From IMG/VR virus record IMGVR_UViG_3300032295_002579, positions 1 to 47,949 of that record: a stretch of DNA of 47,949 bases; one strand, given 5' to 3'. Numbering within the stretch: position 1 is the stretch's first letter; the number at the start of each line of letters is the position of its first letter. Positions 46,939 through 47,949 of the stretch are shown here, one piece after another. Below the pieces are notes generated by a model. That model did no database searches, was not told the DNA's origin, and saw only the letters and a program-made list of their open reading frames with translations. The position numbers and the translations under genes are program-made. The DNA is from a virus (taxonomy: Duplodnaviria > Caudoviricetes).

Positions 46939-46951
46939 ATATTTATACTAA

Positions 46952-47949
46952 ATGAGCAGTACCATAATAATAAAAAATAGCGCAACATCAGGAAGTGTTC
47001 CTTCATCTTTGGTACAAGGTGAATTTGGTATTAATGTAACCGACGGTAAATTATACTACGGAAGTGGTTCAGGAAATGCTGTAAAAGAATTTAACTCTGC
47101 ATCTTATGCAAGTTTTGCTGTAAGTGCATCACATGCTTCTACTGCATCATACCTTAACCCATTAACACAAGATGTATTTATCACAGGCTCTCTAAATCTT
47201 TCAGGTTCAGAAACAATAACAGGCTCTTTATCTATCTCAGGATCAGGAAGTCTTTTATCAGTACAAGGTGATGAAGTTATCATTAGTGGTGATTTAATTG
47301 AATTAACAGGTAGTTTAAAAGTTTCAGGAAGTATAAGTGTTGCTAATCTCAACCCAGGTTCTGTGTTGTTTATAGGAAGTAATAATGAAATAACACAAGA
47401 TAACAGTAATTTTTACTGGAATAATATTACAAATAGGTTAAGTATTGGTACTTCAACAACAACAGCAAATCTATACTTAAAAGGACCTTCTAATACAGTA
47501 TCAGATACTATTTTTAGAGCAGAAAATTCATCTTCTACAGGAGGAGTAATTATAGACGGTACAGGAAATGTTGGTATTAGAACTTTTTCTCCTAGTTTTA
47601 CATTAGATGTAAGTGGTTCAACAAGAATAACTAATGGTTTAACTATAACAGGCTCTCTTATAGTAATAACTGGTTCTTCTGTTGAATTTCAGGTTCTGAA
47701 CACAGGAGTAAGAATAGGTAATTTAATAACCGATGTCCATACAGTTACAGGTTCATTAGGAATTAGTGGAAGTGTTATTGTAACAGGTAGCATATCTGCT
47801 ACTTCATTTACAGGTTCATTATTAGGTACAGCCTCCTTTGCAACTAGTGCCTCTCATGCTTCAACTGCCTCTTTTGTAAATCCTTTAATACAAACAGTTC
47901 AAATAACTGGTTCTTTAACTACAACTGGTTCAAATACTTTAATAGGAAA
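46952..47949 (+). CDS. Tail fibre-like protein, 3'-truncated by window (not in ORF track)
   Basis: MSSTIIIKNSATSGSVPSSLVQGEFGINVTDGKLYYG fibre-type N-terminus; TGS/ASHA repeats; class L motif 46938-46946. Confidence 0.8.
   Translation, partial: MSSTIIIKNSATSGSVPSSLVQGEFGINVTDGKLYYGSGSGNAVKEFNSASYASFAVSASHASTASYLNPLTQDVFITGSLNLSGSETITGSLSISGSGSLLSVQGDEVIISGDLIELTGSLKVSGSISVANLNPGSVLFIGSNNEITQDNSNFYWNNITNRLSIGTSTTTANLYLKGPSNTVSDTIFRAENSSSTGGVIIDGTGNVGIRTFSPSFTLDVSGSTRITNGLTITGSLIVITGSSVEFQVLNTGVRIGNLITDVHTVTGSLGISGSVIVTGSISATSFTGSLLGTASFATSASHASTASFVNPLIQTVQITGSLTTTGSNTLIG

Noticed and set aside
1216-47352. Remaining short minus-strand and nested ORFs in the track (e.g. 1216-1500, 11700, 13493, 26623, 26723, 29739, 29881, 30174, 31360, 31833, 37520, 42901, 43037, 45250, 46537, 47104)
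   Set aside because: All lie wholly or largely over well-supported plus-strand genes and lack their own signals or recognisable motifs
1-47949. Stop-codon reassignment
   Set aside because: Genes are long and intact in the standard code; TAG and TGA terminate genes at sensible places (40480, 40784, 5158, 40223)
1-47949. tRNA or rRNA genes
   Set aside because: No cloverleaf or T-arm consensus recognised in the few intergenic gaps by eye; tRNAscan-SE would settle it

Overview
AT-rich, densely coding, almost entirely plus-strand segment of a large tailed (myovirus-like) bacteriophage. Standard genetic code; no obvious Shine-Dalgarno motifs, compatible with (not proof of) a Bacteroidota host. 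It carries a sigma-factor-like gene, a baseplate/tail module (gp25-like, gp6/J-like, lysozyme-like, tail-collar-like), a small DNA-metabolism block (GIY-YIG nuclease, primase, PD-(D/E)XK exonuclease), a long cluster of probable head-packaged proteins, and tail-fibre genes. The most striking signal is a candidate virion-cargo polyprotein system. A 1308-aa protein is built from 12 variable modules, each opened by [LIM]-x-E-S-x(0-2)-D-[DE]-[FY]-x-[VI]-D-x-P-x-x-W or a close variant. A 1021-aa protein strings six enzyme or Zn domains together with an L-x-E at every junction. About ten genes begin with MIKLxxIL-x-E or MDNFN-type leaders resembling T4 capsid-targeting sequences removed by the prohead protease. 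Two orientation-specific promoter-like motifs, a duplicated leader cassette, and two candidate structured non-coding elements are also visible. All calls come from reading motifs by eye; no database searches were run.
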